64,000 nt of DNA from a bacterium (lineage in GTDB: Bacteria; UBA8248). The notes beneath the pieces were generated by a model, which was not told where the DNA came from, searched no databases, and saw only the letters and a list, made by a program, of their open reading frames with translations. Of the stretch, positions 31,776 through 40,633 are shown piece after piece; the first letter of the stretch is position 1, and the number at the start of each line of letters is the position of its first letter. The position numbers and the translations under genes were made by a program. The stretch lies in assembly GCA_965261085.1 (NCBI GenBank), contig OZ253442.1, positions 768,001 through 832,000 on the forward strand, in the 5' to 3' direction.

Positions 31776-33856
31776 TACTGCTTATACGCCCCGAAGGAGC
31801 CGAGGATGCTTCGGAGGTTATCCGACGAATTGGCGCCGAACGTCCCGGCTATGGAGCCGGGTTGCTCGGTCGCGCCTGCGCCGTTGCCGTAGAATTTGGC
31901 GGCCCACTTGCCGGAGTAGCCGCCGCCGCTCGTCTCGCCGTCGAAATTCCCGCCGCTGAAGCTGTTGGTGATATCGGCGGAGCCGAGCGTCAGGCTTGGC
32001 AGGGCGCCGCCGCCATCCGTACTCCCCCCGGTGATGGCGCCGGTGACGCTTCCCAGCGCGGTCGCGTCGCCGAAGTTGGCCGTCAGGCGCGCCGTGGCGT
32101 CGAAATAATCGAATTCAGGCGCGGAGGAAGAACTCGCTTTGCTCATGTACATCCCGCTCGCGGGTCCCGCATAGGTCGCCGAACCGGTGAGTCCTGCGAG
32201 GTTGTTCACGCTGAAGGGGTCGTTGCCGCTCGCGGCGGTTCCGAATCTGAAGCCTGTATAGATCCCGTCGGCGTCCTTGAAGCCGACCAGCCAAATCCCA
32301 TAGGCCAGATAGTCCGTGTCCGCGTTGTCCCGGATATCGGAGTAGACGGCCGTATAGGCATCGCGAGCGTCGGTCTCGCTACTGCCTTCCACGCCTTTCC
32401 AACCCGCCGCGGGCGAGCCGGAAAACCTCTCGACGTATGCGCCTGCATCTTTCGTGCTGACGCTGAACGAGGGGGTATTGTCCGCTAATCTGCGTGTGCG
32501 GGTGTAGTGCAAATCCCCGTTCGCATCGTATTCCATGGTGAAGGCTATTTTGTCGTTGGTCTGGCCACCGAAGGAGTAGGACGATTGTGTGGTGTGGCCG
32601 ATTCCCTGGTAGGTCCCGAAAGTCCTTCTCGATTTCGCCGCCCGCCGTATGCGGATGTCCGCGCCTTCCGCCAGCGCGGCGTCCGCCTCGAGGGCGTCCA
32701 CAAGTATGTTGCGGCCACCGGACATCGGGCTTGAAGACGGTCTATGCGCGCCGTATGCGCCTACGAAGTTCACGATACCGTCCGTAGAACCTCCGCTTAA
32801 CGTCCCGGCGACCGAGCCGGGCATTCCGCCGGTTTCTCCGTTGCCGAAGAATTGGCCGCTCCAGTTGCCCGTGTAGCTGCGCGATTCGACGGAGCCGCTC
32901 ACTTCGCCTATGAAGAAGCCGTTATGCGAGGAGCCGATATTTGCGGCTCCCAGGTTCAACGAGCCGGTTAGTGGTTCGTCGTCGTAGAGATTGGTGATCG
33001 AGCCGCCGATCGTTCCGAGGGCGCCCGCCCCGCCGAAGTCAGCCGTCAAAACGACGTCACCGCCAATGGTATTGACCGGAACTTCATCGGTCGTATCCGT
33101 AGCCACGCCTATCGCATTCCCTTCATAGCGCGCCGTGCCTTGCAGGGCCGTGAGGTTGTTCTGCCGGAAAGGATCGCTGCCGTCCGAAAACGCGCCGAAT
33201 GCATAATCGGCGACGCTCGACGCATCGCCGGGAACGAACAGCCAGATCCCTCCCACCAGGTAGTCGGTGTCCGGGCCGCCGCCCTGCTGTGGATCGGGAG
33301 CAGCGATGTCCGTGTATACATCGATATACAGAACACCGGCGTTGATGCGCTCGCGCAGCGCAACGCCCTTCCAGGGTGATGGGGCATCCGATATCTGGAG
33401 CGGGTTCCCTTCGTTCATGCCAAGCGACCATTCCGACCCGTTGCGCAGCGAAAAACGCGGTACGCCCGTTCCATGCTCCGCAGTGACTTCCACCTGGTCG
33501 GTTGTGGTGTTGTTGCTGTCCACATTTGAAGACTGGGTAACGCTGCCCGGATTAGGCTGGGCTTGCGCTGCCCGCGCGATCACACTCACTGCGTTGGTGG
33601 CCGTCGTCTGATCTTCGAGGGCTTGCTCTCGTGTCGGGATGGTCGCCGGTGGATCCATCGAACCGCCGCCGGTCATTCCACCGCCGCCTCCGGGCATTGG
33701 TGTCGGCATCTGGGCGGGTTGGCCGCCCATGTTGGCGCCTCCGCCTCCTCCACCCCCGCCGCAGCCCGACAGCGCGAAGGCGCAAACCAGCGCGAGCAAT
33801 ATCAACACGAACGAGAGAGATGTTTTTTGCTTGAGTTGCTTTTTGGCGTTTCTCAT
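31775..33856 (-). CDS. Bilobed TbpB-like surface lipoprotein A
   Basis: Lipobox LSGC + poly-Gly; two internal repeats each with DTDYL...GIWL, G.DPF..NNL.L.G.A.Y.G, LTA.FG, F(F/Y)GNG...PGS.AGT...GA.GA. Confidence 0.75.
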   Translation of the reverse strand: MRNAKKQLKQKTSLSFVLILLALVCAFALSGCGGGGGGGGANMGGQPAQMPTPMPGGGGGMTGGGSMDPPATIPTREQALEDQTTATNAVSVIARAAQAQPNPGSVTQSSNVDSNNTTTDQVEVTAEHGTGVPRFSLRNGSEWSLGMNEGNPLQISDAPSPWKGVALRERINAGVLYIDVYTDIAAPDPQQGGGPDTDYLVGGIWLFVPGDASSVADYAFGAFSDGSDPFRQNNLTALQGTARYEGNAIGVATDTTDEVPVNTIGGDVVLTADFGGAGALGTIGGSITNLYDDEPLTGSLNLGAANIGSSHNGFFIGEVSGSVESRSYTGNWSGQFFGNGETGGMPGSVAGTLSGGSTDGIVNFVGAYGAHRPSSSPMSGGRNILVDALEADAALAEGADIRIRRAAKSRRTFGTYQGIGHTTQSSYSFGGQTNDKIAFTMEYDANGDLHYTRTRRLADNTPSFSVSTKDAGAYVERFSGSPAAGWKGVEGSSETDARDAYTAVYSDIRDNADTDYLAYGIWLVGFKDADGIYTGFRFGTAASGNDPFSVNNLAGLTGSATYAGPASGMYMSKASSSSAPEFDYFDATARLTANFGDATALGSVTGAITGGSTDGGGALPSLTLGSADITNSFSGGNFDGETSGGGYSGKWAAKFYGNGAGATEQPGSIAGTFGANSSDNLRSILGSFGAYKQ

Positions 33857-34068
33857 TTTTGCTCTCCTCAAACAGTGGAAGATGGCTACTCGCCGGACCG
33901 CAGATGCAGACCGGACTATCGGTGACCAGGACCACGATTGAAGAGATGGTTTGCCGCTGTTTCGCTCTCCGGGAGATGGAGAGGGTTTTCTATTCAGCGG
34001 CTAACTGAAATCGACAATCGTGATTTTTGTGGCGGAGAAATGATCGGATAGAAAGGTGGGGATGTCAA
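33857..34068 (-). promoter_or_regulatory. Promoter + structured 5' leader RNA, copy 1 (precedes lipoprotein A)
   Basis: TTGACA-17-GATCAT; nested stems CACGATTG/CAATCGTG, CCGCTG/CAGCGG, CTCTCC/GGAGAG. Confidence 0.65.
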
Positions 34069-34238
34069 ACGCGAGTGGATGAGGAAAACACCAGGCGGCG
34101 GCGAGTTTAATGCTCCGTTCCCGATAGTGGCCCGCTCACGAGATGCCCCGCCGCCCCCGGCGAGGAGCCGGGAGCGGCGAGAGGGGTTGCCCGCCGTGTG
34201 ATGGGTCTGGGGAATGGGCGGCGGGCCTTTGCGTTCGG

Positions 34239-34410
34239 CTACTGTTTTTACACCCCGAAAGCGCCGATGAAGCTTTGTAGCCCATCCGCCGTAGTCGCCC
34301 CGAAGGCGCCTGCCACGGAGCCGGGATGATCGGTCGCGCTTGCGCCGTTGCCGAAGAACTTCCCGCCCCACGTGCCCGAGAAGGCGACGCTGCTACTCGT
34401 TCGCCACTGG
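34239..34410 (-). pseudogene. C-terminal remnant of a third TbpB-like lipoprotein
   Basis: AFSGTWGGKFFGNGASATDHPGSVAGAFGATTADGLQSFIGAFGV*KQ*, paralogous to the lipoprotein A C-terminus with a premature TAA where A has Tyr. Confidence 0.8.
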
Positions 34411-34474
34411 CGGCGCTGCCGGCAGAGCCTTAATCACCGCAAAGACAATCTTCAACCTCGCGCCTCTTGATTGT

Positions 34475-35410
34475 TTATTGTCTGCGCTCTGTGTTGAATC
34501 CTCCTATCAACGCGCGACCTTCTGTGGTGCCGCCGACTAGTCCTCCCGGGTAATAACTAAACGTCCCCCCGGCTTCTTCCTGATTCGGTCCATAAAATGC
34601 ACCTGACAGCCTGTTTGAGTTCTGGTTGTAGGAGAAGCGTCCATTGTTTATTGCCATGTTGTTGTAATTGATGGGTGACAGGCTCCTGTCTTCGAACTCA
34701 GAGAACGTTGCGTCCGCTGTCATGTCTGTGAAATCGACGTTTATTTGCGCTGTTGCAGTTCCGAGAGTTCGTGGACTATTCGAGTCAAAGACTACAGCGA
34801 TTCCGGTCCATGTGGCGCTCCCTTGTGCCGGATTATTTCCGGTCACATAGCCTGTTGAATAGGCTTGTGAAAGATTACTGCTTCCAAGACCGACAATGGT
34901 TCCTGAGAACAAATATATCTCCTGGAAGCTATGACTACCCCATACTCCGATACCCCTAAAATCAAGATCTTCAAACGAGTACCCTTGGTAAGTCGTGTTG
35001 CTCATTCTTTCTTGATACCGCCCGATTGTAAGATTGGTGCCGCTTGGTGTTTCCGTGTTGTACCTGCTGATGCTTACTTCTACTGGTGGTCCCAAGTCTA
35101 TTGGAGTCGCTATTGTCAGTCCTTCACTGTTGATGATGGAGTCTGACCAAGAATAGGCATTTGTCCTATTGAATATACCGGAGAGTTTTTCGCCTGGTGT
35201 GCCTCCGGGAGTACCGCCCGTATCGTCGGAGCCGCCACCGCCGCCGGGCATCGGGTCCGGCGTCGGCATTACCATCGGCTGATTCGAGGTCGTAGAGCCT
35301 CCTCCTCCCCCGCCGCAGCCGGACAGCGCGAAGGCGCAAACCAGCGCGAAAACGAGCAGCACGAACGAGAGAGTTGTTTTTTGGTGGAACTGTTTTTGCG
35401 CGTTTCTCAT
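34475..35410 (-). CDS. Single-barrel TbpB/HupA-like surface lipoprotein B
   Basis: Signal nearly identical to lipoprotein A (ALVCAFALSGCGGGGGG); AT-richer body with GSATWTG and LSGAFYGPNQEEAGGTF. Confidence 0.75.
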   Translation of the reverse strand: MRNAQKQFHQKTTLSFVLLVFALVCAFALSGCGGGGGGSTTSNQPMVMPTPDPMPGGGGGSDDTGGTPGGTPGEKLSGIFNRTNAYSWSDSIINSEGLTIATPIDLGPPVEVSISRYNTETPSGTNLTIGRYQERMSNTTYQGYSFEDLDFRGIGVWGSHSFQEIYLFSGTIVGLGSSNLSQAYSTGYVTGNNPAQGSATWTGIAVVFDSNSPRTLGTATAQINVDFTDMTADATFSEFEDRSLSPINYNNMAINNGRFSYNQNSNRLSGAFYGPNQEEAGGTFSYYPGGLVGGTTEGRALIGGFNTERRQ

Positions 35411-35623
35411 TTTTGCTCTCCTCAAACAGTGGAAGATGGCTACTCGCCAGACCGCAGTTGCAGCCCGACTATCGGTGACCAAGACCACGATTGAAGAGAT
35501 GGTTTTCCCGCTGTTCAGTACCCCAGAGGATGGAGAACATCTTGTTTTCAACGGGTTAACTGAAATCGACTATCGCGGTTTTCGTGGCGGAGGAATGACC
35601 GGTGATAACCGCTCGAATGTCAA
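35411..35623 (-). promoter_or_regulatory. Promoter + structured leader, copy 2 (precedes lipoprotein B)
   Basis: TTGACA-17-GGTCAT; same three stems with G-U and compensatory changes. Confidence 0.65.
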
Positions 35624-35887
35624 ATACATGATTCATAAAGACAGACTGCAGCGGCGAGATTCTTGTCGCTTCTTGGGTGTTTGGGTGATCTAGTAGTTAA
35701 TTTTTTTTAAAAAAATAATCACTTTTTTTGAGGAAAGGGGTAGATTTCTGAGGGCATTTTCCGCAACATTGTCAAATGCACTTCGCTGTATTCGAGGTTT
35801 CCCGAAGCTCCGTTTCTTTAGAAAGGATTAACAATCACAGAAAGCCCTTGGTCGGCGATTCAGGTTGAAGATGAATGGGCGGGGCAT

Positions 35888-36106
35888 TTTCTTCTTCCGG
35901 GACAGTGAAAGAGGGCTGTTTTCCCGACCGCGAACGCAGTCGGGCTGTTTGCCACAAAAACCACGATTGAAGAGATGGGTTTCCCGCCTATTCCGGCCTC
36001 CAGGAAACTGGAGGCCGTATTCTATTTAGCGGGCAGCCCGAAACGGCCGGCTGCCGTGGCTTTTGTGGCAAACAAGATGATCGGACATGGAACCCCGCCT
36101 TGTCAA
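35888..36106 (-). ncRNA. Promoter + structured leader, copy 3 (orphan; followed only by a 19-codon ORF)
   Basis: TTGACA-18-GATCAT; long closing stem TGTTTGCCACAAAA.CCACG/CGTGGTTTTTGTGGCAAACA; apical stem GGCCTCCA/TGGAGGCC. Confidence 0.55.
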
Positions 36107-36249
36107 ATGAATCAGGCGACTTGTAGATCAAGCATGACGCGAATGTATGCCGAAAATTGGCGCAAACGGCGGAAATTTTCGGCATTTCTCGATTAATGAG
36201 AAAGGCGGCGATTCGCCCGGCCACGAGACAATAGCGTTGTTTGCTGTAA

Positions 36250-36395
36250 AAACCACGATTTTAGAGATGAGTTTCCCCCTGTTGTGCTCTCCAGGGGGAT
36301 GGAGATGCGTCTTGTATTCAGCGGCTGGTTCGGTGTTGGGTCCTCGTGCTTTATTTCGCTAGAGAAATGATCGGACAGGAAATTCTAAATGTCAA
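36250..36395 (-). ncRNA. Promoter + structured leader, copy 4 (orphan, degenerate)
   Basis: TTGACA-17-GATCAT; CCGCTGAATA, TCTCCA/TGGAGA, CATCTCT..AATCGTGG. Confidence 0.5.
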
Positions 36396-36607
36396 TCAAA
36401 ATCGAACGGGCGGGGCGCCATCCTTTGAAGAATGTGGGCGAGGAATTGCGTATTGATGTCTTTCTCGTCCTCGGCAAACCCCTCATCGGTCGGGATTGAC
36501 CCTCCTCATTGACACCACCCACCCCTCATGAAAGCATCGCGGGAAACGTCATCAAACCAGCGGGTGCTTTCGCCGCCTGCTCCCGCCTCTCGATAAGGAG
36601 AGCGAAG

Positions 36608-37207
36608 ATGTTTCGGCGTATCGCTCGGTGCGTGGTGGTGACGTGTCTGGCGGCGGTTCTTGCGGCGTGTGCGTTCGCCCCGCATCAGGCTCAGGCTGCC
36701 GGGCGGGACGTCGTTTTTATTAAAGCGTTTTATGCGCTCGATGAGCCGAGGTTTCACTGCGTCGACGTTCCGGGGCACCGCTCCCGCGTCAACACCGCTG
36801 CCGCCTTGGTCGTACACACCTGCAAGGAAGGCATCTGGAACCTCGATGGGCATTTCGACCCCGCCGCCGTAGCGAAGGGCCTGCTCAGGATGCCCGAATA
36901 CGGATTGTGCGTCGCCGCTGCTTCCGCCTCGGACGGCGCCAAGCTCATGCTCGGAAAATGCGACGGCACAGCCCTTCAGAACTGGCGTTTTGAGAACTAC
37001 CGCTTGAGCCTCAAGGCGCATCCCGATAAATGCCTCACCATCGGCCCGGAACCCTCCCGGCTCACGCGGGGCGGGCGCAGGCTCCCGAGCCGTCACATGG
37101 CGCGCTCGCTCGCCCTCGCCACCTGCTCGGAAGAAGCGCTAGAGAGACAGCTCTGGCGCATGGAGAAGCCCATGGATCGCACCGGCTCCATCATGCCCTT
37201 CAAGTAA
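36608..37207 (+). CDS. Secreted ricin-B (beta-trefoil) lectin-like protein
   Basis: Signal peptide; CVDV...TC, LCV...KCD...QNW, KCLT...TC...QLW repeats. Confidence 0.75.
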   Translation: MFRRIARCVVVTCLAAVLAACAFAPHQAQAAGRDVVFIKAFYALDEPRFHCVDVPGHRSRVNTAAALVVHTCKEGIWNLDGHFDPAAVAKGLLRMPEYGLCVAAASASDGAKLMLGKCDGTALQNWRFENYRLSLKAHPDKCLTIGPEPSRLTRGGRRLPSRHMARSLALATCSEEALERQLWRMEKPMDRTGSIMPFK

Positions 37208-37351
37208 AGACGACGCGCGGATATCACCGGTTGACGCAACCCATCATTGGGAGAGAAAAGCGAAAGAAAGCGGCGCAACCCGGAGCCCTTCTATCGATTG
37301 GGTAATCCCCGTTTGATTTTGGGCATCACGAACACGAGGAGGATCCACCCC

Positions 37352-39715
37352 ATGTCTTTCCGTAAAAACACGTCCACAAGCAAGGTGTGCGCTTTCGCGC
37401 TGGCGTCGCTGTTGGCGCTGGGGCCGGCCGGTTGCGGGGGCGGCGGCGGGGGCGGCGGCGCAACCATGGGCGCCCCGCCCGCCACAATGCCGGGCCAGCC
37501 GCAACCTGGGGGGACCGAGCGGGTAAGAGCCACCGTCCTGCCCCACCCGAGAGGCGCCGGGGACGTCGCGTCGCTCGCGTGGGAGGACGTGACGATTCCC
37601 ACGCGGGCGGGCGTTCGGCAGCGTCTTCTGCTCGCCAAAGCGGGGAATGCGGGGACCAAGTCAGTGATTCTCTTCATGGGCGGCCCGGGAACGCCGATTA
37701 CGTTTCCGCGAGAGGGAGGCATACGGCTCAGCGGCAATTTTCTCGTAAGAAGCTCCGCGCTCTTCGCCGAGGCGGGATTCGTCACGGCCATCATCGACGC
37801 TCCCTCGGACAGGAGCGAAGGCATAAACTTTTCATTCAGGCAGTCGAGTCAGCATCATGCGGACGTGCGTGCGGTGGTGGATTTTCTGGTGAGCGAGGGC
37901 GCGCGCGAGGTGTACCTGATCGGCACGAGCAACGGCACGATGTCCGTTGCATATCTGGCCTCTGTGATTACGCATCCGAGAGTTGCGGGCTATGTTCTCA
38001 CCGCGAGCGGGAGGTCGATAGTGTCTTATGCAGGTGAAATCAGAGACCCCGTCCTGATGGTGCATCACACGGACGACGGGTGCGCCGGCACGCAGTTTTC
38101 CGATGCGCAGACTACATTCAACGCGATCACGAACAGCCCGCGCAAGGAGTTCGTCTCCGTAAGCGGAGGGGATCCGCAGATAAGCCCCAGTCCTTGTCAG
38201 GCGCAGACCGCGCATGGGTTTATAGGCAAAGAGCGTGAAACGGTGGCGGCGATCGCGGAGTGGGTAAATACAGGGACGGTCACGGACACGAACCTGCTCA
38301 CGGACGAGGACGCGCCCTCGCCGCACAAGGCGTGGCTCGCGCGCTTCGGGCGCACGGCGGCGGAACACGTCACCGAAGCCATCGGCGATCGGCAGCGCGG
38401 AGCGCCAAGCTCGCGCCTGACCCTGGGCGGTCAGGATATCGACTTAGGTGTCTCTCCCCTCCCCCTGGCGGATGCAGATTCCGGCGCGCGCTTTGCGGAG
38501 GGTCTGCTCGATGCGCGCAGCGGAGACGCTTTCGCGGGGCGCGAGATGTCGATGAGCGAGTTGCTGCTGGCGAGTTCTTTCCACCTGGCTTCTGCGGAGG
38601 GAAAGGATGTAGGCGGCGGCTGGTCGCTCTGGGGAGGTGCTGCGCGTTCGAACTTCGATGCGAAAGAGGGCGCGCTCGCACTCGACGGCGACGTCTCCAC
38701 GGCGACACTGGGCTTCGACTTCGAACGGGAGCGGTGGCTGGCCGGCGTGGCGCTCTCGCGCAGCGCGGGAGAAGGCACGTTCAAGATGGGCGGAACCTGC
38801 GCTTCGGGGTGCAGCGGCGATCTCGAGAGCACACTCACCGGCGTGTATCCCTATGCGCGCTATCGCTTCAGCGAGCGTCTTTCGGCCTGGGGAATTCTCG
38901 GCCACGGGCGCGGGGAGTTGACGCTCACCACGCAGGGAAGAAGCCCCGTCGAGACCGACATCGAGATGAACATGGCGGCGTTCGGGGGGCGCGGCGTCCT
39001 GCTGCCCGCTGTGAGCAAGGGTGATTTCGAACTAGCGCTTCGCTCGGATGCGCTGCTGACGTGGACGAGTTCCGAAGAGACCCGAGATCTCGCGGAGACG
39101 GAACCGGAGACGAGCCGCCTGCGGCTCGCGCTCGAGGTCTCCCGTGCGTTCGCGCTTGATTCGGGCGCGAGCCTCACTCCTTCTCTCGAAGTGGGTCTGC
39201 GCTACGACGGGGGCGACGCGGAGACGGGAAGCGGCGTCGAGCTCGGCGGCGGGCTTCGCTACACGGGTTCGGGCCTCACGATACAGGTGAATGCCCGCGG
39301 ACTGCTGGCGCATGCGGATAGCGAATATGAAGAATGGGGCGTGAGCGGCTCGGTGCGCCTCGACCCGGGCGAGAGAGGACGCGGTTTGTCCATGCGCTTG
39401 GGTTCGTCCTGGGGCGCTTCGGCGGGCGGTGCGGAGCAAATTTGGAACGGGCGCCGCGCGGCGGGTCTGAATGGAAACGGAGAATTCGACCCGGGTTCGC
39501 ACCTCGATGCGGAGGTGGGCTATGGTCTGGGCGGCATGGGCGGCCTCCTCACCCCCTACGGCGGCATGTCGGTCTCAGAGAGTGTGCAGACCTACCGCGT
39601 GGGTAGTCGCTTCAGGCTCGATGAGCGTTTCAGCATGGGCCTGGAAGGTGAGCGCCGCGAGGGCGGCGATGACGTCGAACACGGGCTCGCGCTGCGCGGC
39701 TCCCTCCGCTGGTAG
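37352..39715 (+). CDS. Lipoprotein autotransporter with alpha/beta-hydrolase passenger
   Basis: Lipobox PAGC + poly-Gly; GTSNG nucleophile elbow, Asp (TDD) and His (AHGF); AWLARFGRT linker; beta-barrel ending GSLRW. Confidence 0.82.
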   Translation: MSFRKNTSTSKVCAFALASLLALGPAGCGGGGGGGGATMGAPPATMPGQPQPGGTERVRATVLPHPRGAGDVASLAWEDVTIPTRAGVRQRLLLAKAGNAGTKSVILFMGGPGTPITFPREGGIRLSGNFLVRSSALFAEAGFVTAIIDAPSDRSEGINFSFRQSSQHHADVRAVVDFLVSEGAREVYLIGTSNGTMSVAYLASVITHPRVAGYVLTASGRSIVSYAGEIRDPVLMVHHTDDGCAGTQFSDAQTTFNAITNSPRKEFVSVSGGDPQISPSPCQAQTAHGFIGKERETVAAIAEWVNTGTVTDTNLLTDEDAPSPHKAWLARFGRTAAEHVTEAIGDRQRGAPSSRLTLGGQDIDLGVSPLPLADADSGARFAEGLLDARSGDAFAGREMSMSELLLASSFHLASAEGKDVGGGWSLWGGAARSNFDAKEGALALDGDVSTATLGFDFERERWLAGVALSRSAGEGTFKMGGTCASGCSGDLESTLTGVYPYARYRFSERLSAWGILGHGRGELTLTTQGRSPVETDIEMNMAAFGGRGVLLPAVSKGDFELALRSDALLTWTSSEETRDLAETEPETSRLRLALEVSRAFALDSGASLTPSLEVGLRYDGGDAETGSGVELGGGLRYTGSGLTIQVNARGLLAHADSEYEEWGVSGSVRLDPGERGRGLSMRLGSSWGASAGGAEQIWNGRRAAGLNGNGEFDPGSHLDAEVGYGLGGMGGLLTPYGGMSVSESVQTYRVGSRFRLDERFSMGLEGERREGGDDVEHGLALRGSLRW

Positions 39716-39743
39716 GAAACGCGGAGGCAAAAGAAGAACACAA

Positions 39744-40618
39744 ATGATGCGATGGATCGTGACGGCGATGCTCGCCTGTGTCTTGTTGGGAGGCGATGCG
39801 CTTTAGCAAGGAGACACATTCCAAATCATGGAAATTAAACGTATCAAAGTTGACATCAAACCCCACCCCAATGGAGTCGGGGACGTCGCGTCGAGCACCT
39901 GGAAGGACGTGTACCTCCCAACGCGGGCGGGCGTGAAACAGCCCCTTCTGCTCGCCAAAGCTGCGAATGCGGGGAGCAAGGCCGTCATCCTCTTCATGGG
40001 TGGAATTGGGACGCCAATCACGAAGAAAGCAGGGGAGAAATTCAGGCTCAACGCCAATTTTCTGGTAAGAAGCTCAGCGCTTTTCGCCGAGGCGGGATTC
40101 ATGACGGCCATCGTGGATGCGCCCTCGGACAAAGGCTACGGTATGGAGAATCGCTTCAGGAAATCAGAAGCGCATCAGAAAGACATTGCCAAGGTGGTGG
40201 ATTTTCTGGTGAGCGAGGGCGCGTGCGAGGTGTTCCTGATCGGCACGAGCCGGGGCACGTTGTCCGTCGCGTATCTGGCGTCCGTGATGACGCACGCGAA
40301 CGTCGAGGGCTATGTCCTCACCGCGAGTCTGGAGGATGTCGTGTTCTATACGGAGAAAATCAACGCCCCGTCCTGATGGCGCATCACGCGGACGATGAGT
40401 GCCGCGTAACGACCCTCACCGGCGCACGGGCCGCATATCGTACGTTGGCGAAAAGTCCACGCAAGGCTTTCATCACCGTGAGCGGAGGAGACCCACCGAG
40501 GAGCCGTGCTTGTGGGCCGCTGAGCGCCCATGGATTTTTGGGAGTTGAACGAGAGACGGTGGTGGCGGTCGTAGACTGGATGAACGGCAAGACGCCGCCC
40601 GAACACGTGGGCCCGTAA
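39744..40618 (+). pseudogene. Secreted alpha/beta hydrolase paralogous to the autotransporter passenger; in-frame TAG (39804) and -1 frameshift (about 40366)
   Basis: Signal MMRWIV...GDAL*QGD continues in frame to MEIKR; GTSRG; C4 run where the paralogue reading PVLM needs C5. Confidence 0.75.
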
Positions 40619-40633
40619 GAAGGAGCGCGCGCC

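Noticed and set aside
35697-35730. T8/A7 tracts as a phase-variation switch
   Set aside because: Outside the predicted promoter spacers and coding regions; no evidence of length variation
33857-36395. Leader repeats as a CRISPR array or as a canonical c-di-AMP, c-di-GMP, glycine or cobalamin riboswitch
   Set aside because: Units are 150-220 bp, divergent and irregularly spaced, with no cas genes; only short fragments resemble known aptamers and their core motifs are absent
39804-39806. In-frame TAG as pyrrolysine or read-through
   Set aside because: Lies at the signal-peptide junction, not a catalytic site; the gene has a second lesion; no pyl genes in the window
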